Assembly (NCBI GenBank): GCA_030041005.1
Contig: JASHOR010000094.1
Location: 3,064 to 67,063, forward strand
Length of the DNA: 64,000 bases
DNA from: Xanthobacteraceae bacterium
GTDB taxonomy: Bacteria; Pseudomonadota; Alphaproteobacteria; Rhizobiales; Xanthobacteraceae
Reading direction: 5' to 3'
Shown here one piece after another: positions 49,383 to 59,686 of this stretch. Below the pieces are notes generated by a model. That model was given only the letters and a program-made list of their open reading frames with translations. It had not been told where the DNA came from and did not search any database. The position numbers and the translations under genes are program-made. The stretch's first letter is position 1. Each line of letters opens with the position of its first letter.

Positions 49383-50485
49383 GTTGCGAAGCGAAAATGC
49401 ATGACGTCGCCGTCGGCGACGACATAATTCTTGCCTTCCAGGCGCATCTTGCCGGCGTCGCGCGCGCCGCTTTCTCCGCCATAACGGACGTAGTCGTCAT
49501 AGGCGATGGTTTCCGCACGGATAAAGCCGCGTTCGAAGTCCGAATGAATAACCGCCGCGGCCTGCGGCGCTCTGGTGCCGCGCGCAATGGTCCAAGCGGC
49601 AGCCTCTTTCGGGCCAGCCGTGAAATAGGTGATCAGATCAAGAAGTGCATAGCCGGCGCGGATCAGGCGGTTGAGGCCGGGCTCCTTCAGTCCGAGAGCG
49701 GCCAGGAATTCCTGCCGTTCATCGTTCGACAAGACGGCAATTTCGGACTCGATCTTCGCCGAGATGACGATGCAGGCGGCGCCCTCGACCTGGGCACGCT
49801 GTTCCACCAGGCGGGACAGGTCGTTGCCGGCAGCGGCGGAGGCTTCCTCGACATTGGCGACATAAACCACCGGCAGCGCGCTGAGCAGACCAAGCATGCG
49901 AAAGGCCTTCTCCTGTTCGGGCCGCCGCTCGACCAACCGCGCCGGCTTGCCCTCGCGCAACAGTGAAAGCGCCCGGTTGACCAGATCGAGCGTATCCTTC
50001 GCCTCGTGCGCTTCGCGATCGGCGGCCTTGGCTTTCTTGGCCAAGGCATCGACACGCCGTTCCAGGCTGTCGAGATCGGCGAGCATCAGCTCGGTCTCGA
50101 TCGTGTCGATGTCGGCGATCGGATCCACCCGGCCCTGGACGTGAGCGATATTGGCGTCGTGAAAACAGCGCACCACATGCGCCACCGCATCGACCTCGCG
50201 GATGTGCGCGAGGAACTGATTGCCCAGCCCTTCGCCGCGGGAAGCGCCGCTGACAAGGCCGGCAATGTCAACGAAGGTCAAGCGCGTCGGCTTGATCTTG
50301 GCGGATTTGGCGAGCGTGGCCAGTTCTTCGAGCCGCGGATCGGGCACCATGACCTCGCCGACGTTCGGTTCAATGGTGGAAAACGGATAATTCGAAGCCT
50401 GCGCCGCCGCGGTCGCGGTGAGCGCATTGAACAAGGTCGACTTGCCGACGTTGGACAAGCCGAGGATGCCGCATTTGAAGCCCAT
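49379..50485 (-). CDS. ychF: Redox-regulated ribosome-binding ATPase YchF
   Basis: The product contains 'MGFKCGILGLSNVGKSTLFNALT', 'FVDIAGLVSGASRGEGLGNQFL' and the C-terminal 'YVVADGDVMHFRF'. Confidence 0.95.
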   Translation of the reverse strand: MGFKCGILGLSNVGKSTLFNALTATAAAQASNYPFSTIEPNVGEVMVPDPRLEELATLAKSAKIKPTRLTFVDIAGLVSGASRGEGLGNQFLAHIREVDAVAHVVRCFHDANIAHVQGRVDPIADIDTIETELMLADLDSLERRVDALAKKAKAADREAHEAKDTLDLVNRALSLLREGKPARLVERRPEQEKAFRMLGLLSALPVVYVANVEEASAAAGNDLSRLVEQRAQVEGAACIVISAKIESEIAVLSNDERQEFLAALGLKEPGLNRLIRAGYALLDLITYFTAGPKEAAAWTIARGTRAPQAAAVIHSDFERGFIRAETIAYDDYVRYGGESGARDAGKMRLEGKNYVVADGDVMHFRFAT

Positions 50486-50537
50486 GGATTCTCAGTTTTC
50501 CGGTTTTTTGGTTCCGACCCTTGAATTCCGCTGCCTG

Positions 50538-50588
50538 GATTCTCTTGTTAGATTCGCTTGTTAGATTCTCTTTTTAGATTCGCTTGCC
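50538..50588. repeat. 13-bp tandem repeat, 4 copies, in the pth-ychF intergenic region
   Basis: The copies are 'gattctcttgtta' (50538), 'gattcgcttgtta' (50551), 'gattctcttttta' (50564) and 'gattcgcttgcc' (50577). Confidence 0.9.
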
Positions 50589-50616
50589 GTGGGATAAAAA
50601 TTCTCCGTTCGGCCGA

Positions 50617-51216
50617 TTATTGCTTGTCATCTTCATCAAAGAAGCCCTTCGCCGCCAGGGCGAGATGGACCTTGTTCTGGAAGCTCGCGTCCTCGCCGCG
50701 CACCAGCAGTCCGGCGTTGTCGGCGACAATCCCGATCAGCGACTCGACCCACGGCCGCTCGCTCTTGGCGAAATCGCTGAGCACGTAGGAATAGACCAGA
50801 TCCTTGTCGCCGGGGTGGCCGACGCCGATTCGCACCCGCCGGTAGTCGTTGCCGATATGCTCGGAGATCGAGCGCAGTCCGTTATGGCCGGCAATCCCGC
50901 CGCCGACCTTCACCCTTACCTTGCCCGGGGAAAGGTCGATCTCGTCGTGGAAGACGGTGACCTCGCCCGCGGACAGCCTGTAGAAATGCGCCGCCTCGGC
51001 GACCGCGCGTCCCGATTCATTCATGTAAGTGCCGGGCAGCAGCAGAAGACAGCGGACGTCACCGATCGGGCCTTCGCAGGCGACACCCTGAAAGCGCCGA
51101 CGCCAAGGTCCGATGCCGTGGCGTTTGGCGATCTCCTGCAAGGCCATAAACCCGACGTTGTGGCGGTTGCCGACGTAACGGGCTCCTGGATTGCCTAAAC
51201 CCACCAGGAGCAGCAT
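50617..51216 (-). CDS. pth: Peptidyl-tRNA hydrolase
   Basis: The product contains '[26 protein letters not shown]' and 'GHNGLRSI'. Confidence 0.95.
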   Translation of the reverse strand: MLLLVGLGNPGARYVGNRHNVGFMALQEIAKRHGIGPWRRRFQGVACEGPIGDVRCLLLLPGTYMNESGRAVAEAAHFYRLSAGEVTVFHDEIDLSPGKVRVKVGGGIAGHNGLRSISEHIGNDYRRVRIGVGHPGDKDLVYSYVLSDFAKSERPWVESLIGIVADNAGLLVRGEDASFQNKVHLALAAKGFFDEDDKQ

Positions 51217-51394
51217 CGGGTTGGCCCTGCTCTATCACGGTGCAAGTGAAGTGCGGACGAGCCGGCGGCAGACCCGCAGCGTTGTTTCAGTTGGCGACGG
51301 AGTCTGATGACTTCGCCGCCGCAGCTCGTTCTCACGCCCGCTTGAGGCACGTTGCCGGCTCTCGTCCAGTTCGGGTCAGCCAGCCAGTGCCGCG

Positions 51395-52135
51395 TTATTT
51401 TTTCTCGGCGCCGCCGGCGGGAGCTGCCGCGGCGGCAGCCGCACCAGGCGCCGCACCCGGAGCACCGGCAGCAGGCGCCCCGCCTTCGCCGGGCGCGCCG
51501 GCAGCAGCCGTTGCGGCTGCAGCCGCAGCGGCGGCGGCCGCTTCCGCAGCCGCCTTGAGCTCTTCGGCGTAGCCCGAGGGCGGCACGACCGTGACCAGAG
51601 TAATGTCCCGGGCGGATACCACGCGCACGCCCTGCGGCAGCGTGATATCGCTTAAGTGCTTGGAATAGTTGATCTCAAGCCCGCCGACGTCGACCTCGAT
51701 GGCGGCCGGAATGGCATCGGCGCGACAGCGCACTTCGATCGCATGGGTGACGATGCTGACCGTACCGCCGCGTTTGACGCCAGGCGACTGGTCGGCATTC
51801 TTGACGTGAACCGGAATATTGACGCGGATCGTTGCGCCTTCGCCCAGCCGCATGAAATCGACGTGCAACGGCACTTCGCGCACGGCATCGAGCTGAAAAT
51901 CGCGGGGGATAACGCGATGCTTTTCGCCATCCACCTCGACGTCATGAATCGTGGTGAGAAAGCGCCCGGCACGGATGCGTTGGCGCAGATCGGCATGGTC
52001 GAGCGAGATCGGCAGCGGCGGTTTGCCATCGCCGTAAATGATGCCGGGAACGCGGCCAGCGCGGCGCTCGGCCCGGGCCGGCCCCTTGCCGGACCGTGCG
52101 CGTGCAGCGGCCTTGATCAGATTAACAGTCGCCAT
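51395..52135 (-). CDS. rplY: 50S ribosomal protein L25 / general stress protein Ctc, with an Ala/Pro-rich C-terminal tail
   Basis: The product contains 'GKGPARAERRAGRVPGIIYG', 'DFQLDAVREVPLHVDF' and a tail 'AAEAAAAAAAAAATAAAGAPGEGGAPAAGAPGAAPGAAAAAAAPAGGAEKK'. Confidence 0.9.
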   Translation of the reverse strand: MATVNLIKAAARARSGKGPARAERRAGRVPGIIYGDGKPPLPISLDHADLRQRIRAGRFLTTIHDVEVDGEKHRVIPRDFQLDAVREVPLHVDFMRLGEGATIRVNIPVHVKNADQSPGVKRGGTVSIVTHAIEVRCRADAIPAAIEVDVGGLEINYSKHLSDITLPQGVRVVSARDITLVTVVPPSGYAEELKAAAEAAAAAAAAAATAAAGAPGEGGAPAAGAPGAAPGAAAAAAAPAGGAEKK

Positions 52136-52306
52136 TTTGATCCTGCCTTAACGCCCTATCACAAAAGGGAAAATCCGCAGGCCGGCGCCAGCACGCACAG
52201 TCGCGGTTGCCGCGCTTATAGCGGCGCAACAGTCGAAAAACAAGGAAGGTCAGCCGGCAAGGCCGCTTTCAGCCGGCGCCAAAGCCGCGCCGTCCTGCCC
52301 AGCCGC

Positions 52307-52582
52307 CTATGATGCTGCGCCCGCGCCCTTGAGCTTGGCGAGCTCGGCCTCCAGCGCCGCGACGCGGCTCTTGAGGGCCTCGCCGTCCTCGCGAGCCGCG
52401 CGCGCCATGTCCTTTACGGCCTCAAAATCCTCGCGCCGCACAAGGTCGAACTCGCGCAGGACCCGCTCCGCCTGACTGCGGAACAGCGTGTCGAATTCGC
52501 GCCGCACCCCTTGCGCGGCCCCCGCTGCGTCATTCATCAAACGGGCAACTTCGTCAAAGAAACGGTTTGTGGTCTGCACCAT
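52307..52582 (-). CDS. ubiK: UbiK/YqiC-family accessory factor (coiled-coil)
   Basis: The product reads '[60 protein letters not shown]...LEAELAKLK'. Confidence 0.7.
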   Translation of the reverse strand: MVQTTNRFFDEVARLMNDAAGAAQGVRREFDTLFRSQAERVLREFDLVRREDFEAVKDMARAAREDGEALKSRVAALEAELAKLKGAGAAS

Positions 52583-52717
52583 GGCCGCCTCGAAACGCTT
52601 GCTATGCCTGCAGACAATGGCAATGCTGCGCCGCAGCCGCAAGGGGCGGCGGGTCGGAGGAAGCGCGGGGGCATCAACACCGCCGGGGGCCTACGGCGCC
52701 CTGAAGGAAAGGACCCG

Positions 52718-53548
52718 ATGTTCGTTTTGCCGCTCCTGCCCTATCCCGCCATCAACCCGATCCTCGTCCACATAGGCCCGCTGGCGGTGCGCTGGTACGC
52801 GCTCGCCTACATCGTCGGCATATTGGTGGGCTGGGGCTATGCGCGCGCCATCATCGCCTCGAAAAGCCTGTGGGGCGGGCCGGCGCCGCTGACGGTAACC
52901 GATTTCGACGATTTCGTGATTTGGATCACGCTCGGCATCATCCTCGGCGGCCGGATCGGTTACATCCTGTTTTACAACCTGCCGCTCTATGCCTCCCACC
53001 CCTTCCAGATTTTCGAACTCTGGAACGGCGGCATGTCGTTTCATGGCGGATTCCTCGGCTGCACGGTCGCAATCATCCTGTTTGCGCTGAAACGGAATAT
53101 CCCTATTTTCTCGCTCGGCGACCTGATCACCGCTGTCGCGCCGATCGGACTTTTCCTCGGCCGCATCGCCAATTTCATCAATGGCGAATTGTGGGGCCGG
53201 CCGAGCGATGTCCCGTGGGCGATGATCTTTCCCAGCGGCGGTCCGATTCCCCGCCATCCGAGCCAGCTCTATGAAGCCGCGCTCGAGGGCGTGGTACTGT
53301 TCGTCGTTCTCAACGTGCTGGTGCGCAAAGGCGCGCTCAAACGACCCGGGGTGGTCACCGGCAGTTTCGCGGTCGGCTATTCCATCGCCCGCATCACATG
53401 CGAATTCTTTCGCGAGCCCGATCCGCAGCTCGGCTTTCTCTGGGGAGGCCTCACGATGGGAATGCTGCTGTGCATTCCATTGATGTTGGCGGGCATCTGT
53501 ATTCTGGCGTATGCGCTGCGCTACAAACCGAAGCCGACCGATGGATGA
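52718..53548 (+). CDS. lgt: Prolipoprotein diacylglyceryl transferase
   Basis: The product contains '[21 protein letters not shown]', '[11 protein letters not shown]', '[14 protein letters not shown]', '[15 protein letters not shown]' and 'RHPSQLYEA'. 'aaggaaagg' lies upstream of the ATG at 52718. Confidence 0.9.
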   Translation: MFVLPLLPYPAINPILVHIGPLAVRWYALAYIVGILVGWGYARAIIASKSLWGGPAPLTVTDFDDFVIWITLGIILGGRIGYILFYNLPLYASHPFQIFELWNGGMSFHGGFLGCTVAIILFALKRNIPIFSLGDLITAVAPIGLFLGRIANFINGELWGRPSDVPWAMIFPSGGPIPRHPSQLYEAALEGVVLFVVLNVLVRKGALKRPGVVTGSFAVGYSIARITCEFFREPDPQLGFLWGGLTMGMLLCIPLMLAGICILAYALRYKPKPTDG

Positions 53549-54644
53549 CGAGCGTTCGCCGCTGGAAATGGAAATTCGCAGGCTCATCGGCATCGCCGGG
53601 CCGATGCCGGTGGCCGAATACATGCGGCTGTGCCTGACCCATCCGCAATACGGCTACTATGTGACCCGCGACCCGTTCGGCGCCCGCGGCGATTTTACCA
53701 CCGCGCCGGAGATCAGTCAGATGTTCGGCGAACTGGTCGGGCTCTGGCTTGCCTCGGTGTGGCAGCTATTGCGGGCGCCGGAAAATATGCGCGTGATCGA
53801 ACTCGGTCCCGGGCGCGGCACGATGCTCGCCGACGCCTTGCGGGCGGTCAGAACCGTTCCCGGCTTTCAGGCCGCCATCGTGCTGCATCTGGTCGAGATC
53901 AGTCCGGCGCTGAAAAAAGAACAGGAGCGGCGGCTTGAACCGCTCGGCGTGCCGATGCTTTGGCATTCGTCCATCGAGGACGTACCCGCTGGGCCATGCC
54001 TGATCGTCGGCAACGAGTTCATCGACACCCTGCCGGTACACCAGGCGGTCAAGCAGGACGATGGCTGGCACGAGCGAGTCGTCGACGTCGCCGCCGACGG
54101 CAACCTCGCGATCGTCGCCGCCCGTGATCCGCTGCCGCATTTCGAGGCCACGCTTCCGAGCGGACTGCGGCTGTCTCCCGCGGGCTCGATCTATGAATGG
54201 CGCGCCGACGGCGTCGCGCTCGAAATCGGCCGTCGCGTGCGCGAGGGCGGCGCGGCGCTGCTGATCGATTACGGCCACGCCTGGTATGGGTTAGGCGAAA
54301 CGCTGCAAGCGGTCTCCGGACACGCCTATGCCGACCCGTTGCGCTCCCCCGGACAGGTCGACCTCACCGCTCACGTCGATTTTGCCGGCCTTGCGCAGGC
54401 GGCCGAAAGCATGGGCAGCCGCGTGCACGGCCCGGTGGCGCAGCGCGATTGGCTGCGTCGCCTCGGCATCGACCAGCGCGCGGCGGCGCTCAAGGCGCAC
54501 ACGCCGTACGGCAAGACGATCGACATCGACCAGGCGCTGTCGCGGCTGACCGCCAGCGGCGCAAAAGGCATGGGAGACTTGTTCAAGGCGATGGCGATCG
54601 CCGATCCGAAGCTCAAGTCGCTTCCCGGATTTGAACCGTCATGA
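53541..54644 (+). CDS. Class I SAM-dependent methyltransferase, MidA/NDUFAF7-like (DUF185)
   Basis: The product contains '[44 protein letters not shown]', 'ELGPGRGTM', '[13 protein letters not shown]' and 'DLTAHVDF'. It overlaps the lgt stop. Confidence 0.8.
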   Translation: MDDERSPLEMEIRRLIGIAGPMPVAEYMRLCLTHPQYGYYVTRDPFGARGDFTTAPEISQMFGELVGLWLASVWQLLRAPENMRVIELGPGRGTMLADALRAVRTVPGFQAAIVLHLVEISPALKKEQERRLEPLGVPMLWHSSIEDVPAGPCLIVGNEFIDTLPVHQAVKQDDGWHERVVDVAADGNLAIVAARDPLPHFEATLPSGLRLSPAGSIYEWRADGVALEIGRRVREGGAALLIDYGHAWYGLGETLQAVSGHAYADPLRSPGQVDLTAHVDFAGLAQAAESMGSRVHGPVAQRDWLRRLGIDQRAAALKAHTPYGKTIDIDQALSRLTASGAKGMGDLFKAMAIADPKLKSLPGFEPS

Positions 54645-55411
54645 TGGTCAAGGCGGAAACGCTTTCGCTTGACGGCATAAGCCACGCCTTCTTTACGCGC
54701 CAAGGCGGCGTCTCTTGCGGACATTATGCGAGCCTCAATGGCGGCGTCGGCTCGCGCGACTGTGCCGCCCATGTCGCCGAAAACCGCGCTCGCATGGCGA
54801 CTGCGCTCGGAGTCGAGCCGGCCCGCTTCGTCACCGCCTATCAGGTCCACTCTCCGCATGTGGTCGTCGCCGAGGGTCCGTGGGTAACCGATGCGCGGCC
54901 GCGCGCCGACGGTATCGTCACCCGAATGCCGAAGCTTGCCATCGGCATCAGTACCGCCGACTGCGGCCCCGTCCTTTTTGCCGACGCAGAGGCGCGCGTT
55001 ATAGGCGCCGCGCATGCCGGCTGGCGTGGCGCGCTTGCCGGCGTTGTGGAGGCGACGGTCGCAGCGATGGAGCAGCTCGGCGCCGCGCGGCAAAGAATCC
55101 GCGCTGCACTTGGACCGATGATCCGCCAGCCGAATTATGAAGTCGGCGCCGACCTTATCGATCGCTTTGCCGCCGAAGACCCGGCGAGCGAACCGTTCTT
55201 CGTCCCGGCGCCGCGCGCGGGCCACGCGCTGTTCGATCTTGGCGGCTATGTCGCAGCACGGCTGCGCCGCGCCGGTGTCCGCCACATCGAGGACCTGGGA
55301 TTGTGCACTTATGCCGACCCCATGCAGTTCTTCAGCTACCGGCGCGCGACCCACCACGGGGAAGACGATTACGGCCGCCACATCAACGCGATCGCGCTGA
55401 CGCGCGGGTAG
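54641..55411 (+). CDS. pgeF: Peptidoglycan editing factor PgeF (YfiH / laccase-domain family)
   Basis: The product contains '[13 protein letters not shown]', 'YASLNGG', 'QVHS', 'TADCGPVLF', 'AAHAGWRG' and '[14 protein letters not shown]'. Confidence 0.85.
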   Translation: MMVKAETLSLDGISHAFFTRQGGVSCGHYASLNGGVGSRDCAAHVAENRARMATALGVEPARFVTAYQVHSPHVVVAEGPWVTDARPRADGIVTRMPKLAIGISTADCGPVLFADAEARVIGAAHAGWRGALAGVVEATVAAMEQLGAARQRIRAALGPMIRQPNYEVGADLIDRFAAEDPASEPFFVPAPRAGHALFDLGGYVAARLRRAGVRHIEDLGLCTYADPMQFFSYRRATHHGEDDYGRHINAIALTRG

Positions 55412-55605
55412 CCGAGAATGAGCCCGAGATCGCTTCGGCACGCGCGTGTCGAGGCCTTCGCCCGAGGCGGCCTAACGCACTCGAAAGCATTGCAATTACT
55501 GCTAAAAGCCCGGCGGGGGACAAGGCCGGAATCCGTATTGCCACCGTGCCAACCGGCTTGTATCAGGTCCGCATGGACGCCAGGACGCGCGTGCAGGAGA
55601 AGGGA

Positions 55606-56559
55606 ATGGCGGGCAACAACGGAGCGATGAAGCTCGTCGCCGGCAATTCCAACCCGACACTGGCCGCAGCGATCGGCGGCTATCTTGGCATCCCCTTGAC
55701 CAAGGCCGTGGTCCGCCGCTTTGCCGACATGGAAATCTTCGTCGAGATCCAGGAGAACGTGCGCGGCGCCGATGTGTTCGTGATCCAATCCACGTCGTTT
55801 CCGGCCAACGACCATTTGATGGAACTGCTCATCATCATTGACGCGTTGCGTCGCGCCTCGGCGCGGCGCATCACGGCCGTGATCCCGTACTACGGCTACG
55901 CCCGGCAGGACCGCAAACCGGGTCCGCGGACGCCGATCTCGGCCAAGCTCGTCGCCAACCTCATCACTCACGCCGGCGCGGATCGCGTGCTGACCCTCGA
56001 TCTGCATGCCGGGCAGATCCAGGGCTTTTTCGACATCCCGACCGACAACCTGTTTGCCGCGCCGGTGATGATACGGGACATTCGCCAGCGCTTCGAGCTG
56101 AGCAAAGTCATCGTCGTGTCGCCGGACGTCGGCGGCGTGGTGCGCGCACGCGGACTTGCCAAGCGGATCAACGCGCCGCTCGCAATCGTCGACAAGCGCC
56201 GCGAACGGCCGGGCGTATCCGAAGTCGCCAATGTCATCGGCGAGGTTGCGGGCAGCATTTGCATCCTGGTCGACGACATCGTCGATTCCGGCGGCACGCT
56301 GATAAACGCCGCCGACGCCCTGTTGGAGAAGGGCGCCGACGAGGTTTACGGGTACATCACCCACGGCGTGCTGTCCGGCGGCGCGGTGGCCCGCGTCACC
56401 TCCTCCAGCCTGAAGGAGCTGGTGATCACCGATTCGATCCAGCCGACGAAGGCGGTTGCCTCCTCGCGCAACATTCGCGTGCTCTCGATCGCAACGCTGA
56501 TCGGCGAAGCCATCAGCCGCACGGCCGCGGAAGAATCCGTCTCCAGCCTGTTCGAGTAG
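55606..56559 (+). CDS. prs: Ribose-phosphate pyrophosphokinase
   Basis: The product contains '[13 protein letters not shown]', '[26 protein letters not shown]', '[13 protein letters not shown]', '[11 protein letters not shown]' and '[13 protein letters not shown]'. GGAGAAGGG lies upstream of the ATG at 55606. Confidence 0.95.
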   Translation: MAGNNGAMKLVAGNSNPTLAAAIGGYLGIPLTKAVVRRFADMEIFVEIQENVRGADVFVIQSTSFPANDHLMELLIIIDALRRASARRITAVIPYYGYARQDRKPGPRTPISAKLVANLITHAGADRVLTLDLHAGQIQGFFDIPTDNLFAAPVMIRDIRQRFELSKVIVVSPDVGGVVRARGLAKRINAPLAIVDKRRERPGVSEVANVIGEVAGSICILVDDIVDSGGTLINAADALLEKGADEVYGYITHGVLSGGAVARVTSSSLKELVITDSIQPTKAVASSRNIRVLSIATLIGEAISRTAAEESVSSLFE

Positions 56560-57024
56560 CTGCCGCCGCCCGCCGTAAGCCTGACCGCGCGCGGCCGGTA
56601 AGCCGACCGCGGCAGCCTCCAACCGGCCAATCCCGCTCCGGCCGATCCGCCGTCGCCGCCGCGCGGACGCCGCGCGCCACTTCGGTGAAACGCTGCTCGA
56701 ACCGGCAAAAGCCGCCCGCACGCGGGGGAACCCGCACGCACGCCCCGAGTCAACTTGTCGCAGTCGGGTCTGTGGATGGACTCCCGCTCGCCATTGTGCC
56801 TCACGGGCAAATCACTTCATGAAGCCAAACACCGATTGCCGCAGCGCTCGATTGCGGAAAATTGGCGGGGGGAATCTGACCCGTTATAGTCGGCCTGCCG
56901 GCTGATTCGCGGGGCGCGGTCAACCGGTGGGGCCGGGTTATTCCTGCGGCAAATAGCTGCTGGGTCGGCGAAGTCGAGTGGCGTGCGCATTTCCAGTCCC
57001 AGTCAACGAGGCTGTGGAGGCGGC

Positions 57025-57525
57025 ATGTCCATCATCGAAATCTCGCACGAGGAAACAATCAGCCCGCTCGAAGTCGTCGAGCGCATGGCGGCCACCAACA
57101 ATTGGCCGATCGAGCGCGCCGGCGAGGACGAAATCGCGCTGCACGTCACCGGCCGCTGGACCAACTACCAGATCTCATTCACCTGGATGGGCGACATCGA
57201 AGCCCTGCATCTGGCGTGCGCGTTCGACATGAAAGTTCCGGAGCCGCGACTCGAACAGGTCCAGGCGCTGGTTGCGCTCATCAACGAGCAATTGTGGATC
57301 GGACACTTCGACGTCTGGACGCAAAACGGCGTGGTCATGTTCCGCCACGCGCTCGTGCTCGCCGGCGGCATGCCGGCATCGGCTCGTCAATGCGAGGCCG
57401 TGCTGGGCAGCGCGCTGGATTCCTGCGAGCGCTACTATCCGGCGTTCCAGTTCGTGATCTGGGCCGGCAAACCGGCGCGCGAGGCGATGGCCTCCGCCAT
57501 GTTCGAAACCTCAGGCGAGGCATAA
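57025..57525 (+). CDS. YbjN-domain (type III secretion chaperone-like fold) protein
   Basis: The product reads 'MSIIEISHEETISPLEVVERMAATNNWPIERAGEDEIALHVTGRWTNYQISFTWMGDIEALHLACAFDMKVPE'. This is the typical alphaproteobacterial YbjN-like protein found upstream of proC. Confidence 0.7.
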   Translation: MSIIEISHEETISPLEVVERMAATNNWPIERAGEDEIALHVTGRWTNYQISFTWMGDIEALHLACAFDMKVPEPRLEQVQALVALINEQLWIGHFDVWTQNGVVMFRHALVLAGGMPASARQCEAVLGSALDSCERYYPAFQFVIWAGKPAREAMASAMFETSGEA

Positions 57526-57695
57526 TCCTCCGCCGTCCGTCGGAACAGGCGCAGCCCCGCAATCCCCTCGGCGCCGGCATTTGTTTTCCGCATGCGCGGC
57601 CGCTATGCATCCCCACGGCGCGCCTCGCATCATCGGGTCGCGGGCCGCGCCGGGCGGGCGCCGTCTGCCCTTCTGCAACGACGAGGACCACCGTC

Positions 57696-58547
57696 ATGAC
57701 TTCCACGGGGCGTGGTTCGCAATCGAGCCGGGACCTGCGCGATTTCTCCGGCCAGCTTCTGTTGGTCGGCGCCGGCAAGATGGGCTCCGCACTGCTGGAA
57801 GGATGGCTGCGTTTCGGGCTCGACGCAAAGACAGTAGCCGTGATCGAGCCCGAGCCCTCGGCCGAGATTCGCGCCCATGCAGAGAATGGTCTCAAGCTCA
57901 ATCCGCCGCTCGCGGCGCTCAAGCGAGCCGACGTCATTGTGCTTGCGGTGAAGCCGCAAGTGGCGGCACAGGCGATCGCGCCGTTATTGCCGGTCGCGGT
58001 CGCCTCGACCCTGATCGTTTCGATCATGGCGGGACGGACGCTGCGGTTTCTCGCCGGCGCATTCAACAATACCGGTGCCTTGGTGCGGGCGATGCCCAAT
58101 ACGCCGGCCGCAATCGGCCGCGGCATCACCGTCGCGGTGCCGTTGCGCGCCCTCGCCGCGCAACGCCGGCTTGCACATGGGCTTCTTTCCGCCGTCGGAT
58201 CGGTCGAATGGGTCGAGGACGAAGCCTTGATGGATGCCGTCACGGCGGTTTCAGGATCGGGGCCGGCCTATGTCTTCCTCCTTGCCGAAGCTTTGGCGCA
58301 AGCCGGCGTGGCCGCCGGATTGCCGCGCCCTCTGGCGCAGAAACTGGCGCGTGAAACGATCGCCGGTTCGGGCGAATTGCTCCACCGTTCGGCGGAGGAC
58401 GCCGCCACCTTGCGCGAGAACGTCACCTCGCCGGGAGGAACCACGGCCGCGGCGCTGCGCGTGCTGATGGGCGCCGACGGGCTCGCGCAGCTCATGCAAG
58501 ACGCCGTGGCAGCCGCAACCGCGCGGTCGCGCGAACTGGGCGGCTAG
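57696..58547 (+). CDS. proC: Pyrroline-5-carboxylate reductase
   Basis: The product contains 'LLLVGAGKMGSALLEG', 'VIVLAVKPQ', 'RAMPNTPAAIGRG', 'TAVSGSGPAYVF' and 'VTSPGGTTAAAL'. The stop TAG at 58545-58547 lies inside the CTAG of a repeat module. Confidence 0.9.
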   Translation: MTSTGRGSQSSRDLRDFSGQLLLVGAGKMGSALLEGWLRFGLDAKTVAVIEPEPSAEIRAHAENGLKLNPPLAALKRADVIVLAVKPQVAAQAIAPLLPVAVASTLIVSIMAGRTLRFLAGAFNNTGALVRAMPNTPAAIGRGITVAVPLRALAAQRRLAHGLLSAVGSVEWVEDEALMDAVTAVSGSGPAYVFLLAEALAQAGVAAGLPRPLAQKLARETIAGSGELLHRSAEDAATLRENVTSPGGTTAAALRVLMGADGLAQLMQDAVAAATARSRELGG

Positions 58548-58839
58548 TGTGGCGGTTCAGAAGTCCGCATCATTCCTGCCGCGACCTCGTCATGCGGAGT
58601 TCTGAACCAAAGCCACACGAGATCAATAGGTTGCCAGTGTCCTTCGATTCCGAAGTTCGCAAACGAGAGTGCCGCATAATGGTGCGAACTTCGGAATCGG
58701 GACACTAGCCGCTAGCCCGTGAAGCGAATGTCAAATCCCAAAATTCCACCAGGACTTATGCTTGCTGGTGGTCCTTTGATTCCAACATTCGCACGTGGGG
58801 CCTGCCGAAACGGGATGCCAATGTTGGAATCGGACCACG
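58544..58839. repeat. Composite array of four hairpin modules (A, B, partial D, C inverted)
   Basis: The A module spans 58544-58617. The B module spans 58636-58708 ('agtgtccttcgattccgaagttcgcaaacgagagtgccgcataatggtgcgaacttcggaatcgggacactag'). A D-like fragment spans 58712-58752. The C module spans 58768-58839 ('ggtggtcctttgattccaacattcgcacgtggggcctgccgaaacgggatgccaatgttggaatcggaccac'). Confidence 0.85.
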
Positions 58840-58939
58840 AGATCTCCGGCGCCTTGGAAGCGGCGCTACGCGGGCCTACATTATTGCTATCGATCCCGCG
58901 TTGAGCCGTTAACTTTGGCGCGCTCGAAGGAGTTCGGCC

Positions 58940-59686
58940 ATGGCCCGCAGACCTACCCGCCCCCAGCCCCGCCGACCCGCCCGCCCCGCGCGTCTGCCGG
59001 CTCAGCCCGCCGGGTCCGAGGAAAGCGCTGCGCCGGGCGGCGAGCGCGAAAGGATCATCGCCGCGTTCCTGGGGCTGCTCGCGGAAAAGCCCATCGAGCA
59101 GATCGGCCTTGCCGAGATCGCGCGACAAGCGGGCGTGTCGCTGGCGCAGCTACGTGGCGCATTCGGCTCGCCGCTGGCGATCGTGGCGGCCTATTTCAAG
59201 GATATAGACCGCACGGTGCTCGCGCAGGATACGACCGACATGGAGGAAGAGTCGCCGCGCGAGCGCCTTTTCGACATCCTCATGCGCCGGCTCGAGACAA
59301 TGGCGCCGCACCGGCAGGCCATACGTTCGCTGATGCGGTCGGCCCAGCGGCATGCTCCGCTTGCCTTCGCCCTCAACGCGCTGGCCGTCCGCTCGCAGAA
59401 ATGGATGCTGAGCGCCGCCGGCATCAATGCTTCCGGTCCGCGCGGGGCGCTGCGCGCCCAGGGTTTAACATTGCTTCTTTCCCCGGTGCTGCGTGCATGG
59501 GTACGCGACGACGATCCGGGACTGGCACGCACGATGGCAGCGCTCGACCGGGCGCTCGCTCGCGGCCAGCGCTTTGCCGGCCTTCTCGACGATCTGTGTT
59601 TCATTCCATCGCAGGTTTGTCGGATGCGTCGGCGTTGGCGACGACGTGACCGATGGGACGATCGGGAGGAATCGGTCGCCACCTAG
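58940..59686 (+). CDS. TetR/AcrR-family transcriptional regulator
   Basis: The HTH region reads 'RERIIAAFLGLLAEKPIEQIGLAEIARQAGVSLAQLRGAFGS'. The stop TAG at 59684-59686 lies inside the CTAG of a repeat module. Confidence 0.8.
   Translation: MARRPTRPQPRRPARPARLPAQPAGSEESAAPGGERERIIAAFLGLLAEKPIEQIGLAEIARQAGVSLAQLRGAFGSPLAIVAAYFKDIDRTVLAQDTTDMEEESPRERLFDILMRRLETMAPHRQAIRSLMRSAQRHAPLAFALNALAVRSQKWMLSAAGINASGPRGALRAQGLTLLLSPVLRAWVRDDDPGLARTMAALDRALARGQRFAGLLDDLCFIPSQVCRMRRRWRRRDRWDDREESVAT

Noticed and set aside
51400-51560. A GC-rich low-complexity stretch with repeated GCN/CCG triplets that looks like a tandem repeat.
   Set aside because: It is explained by the Ala/Pro/Gly-rich C-terminal tail of L25/Ctc on the minus strand. 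The plus-strand ORFs 51240..51572 and 51352..51558 are its shadows.
55369-56721. A 450 aa minus-strand ORF.
   Set aside because: It is antisense to prs, which has clear PRPP synthetase motifs. It is a shadow ORF.
58544-58839. I asked whether the stacked hairpin modules could be a CRISPR array or tRNA/ncRNA genes.
   Set aside because: There is no constant-length direct repeat alternating with unique spacers. The modules are inverted-repeat hairpins of different types and orientations. They have no cloverleaf potential and no cas genes nearby.
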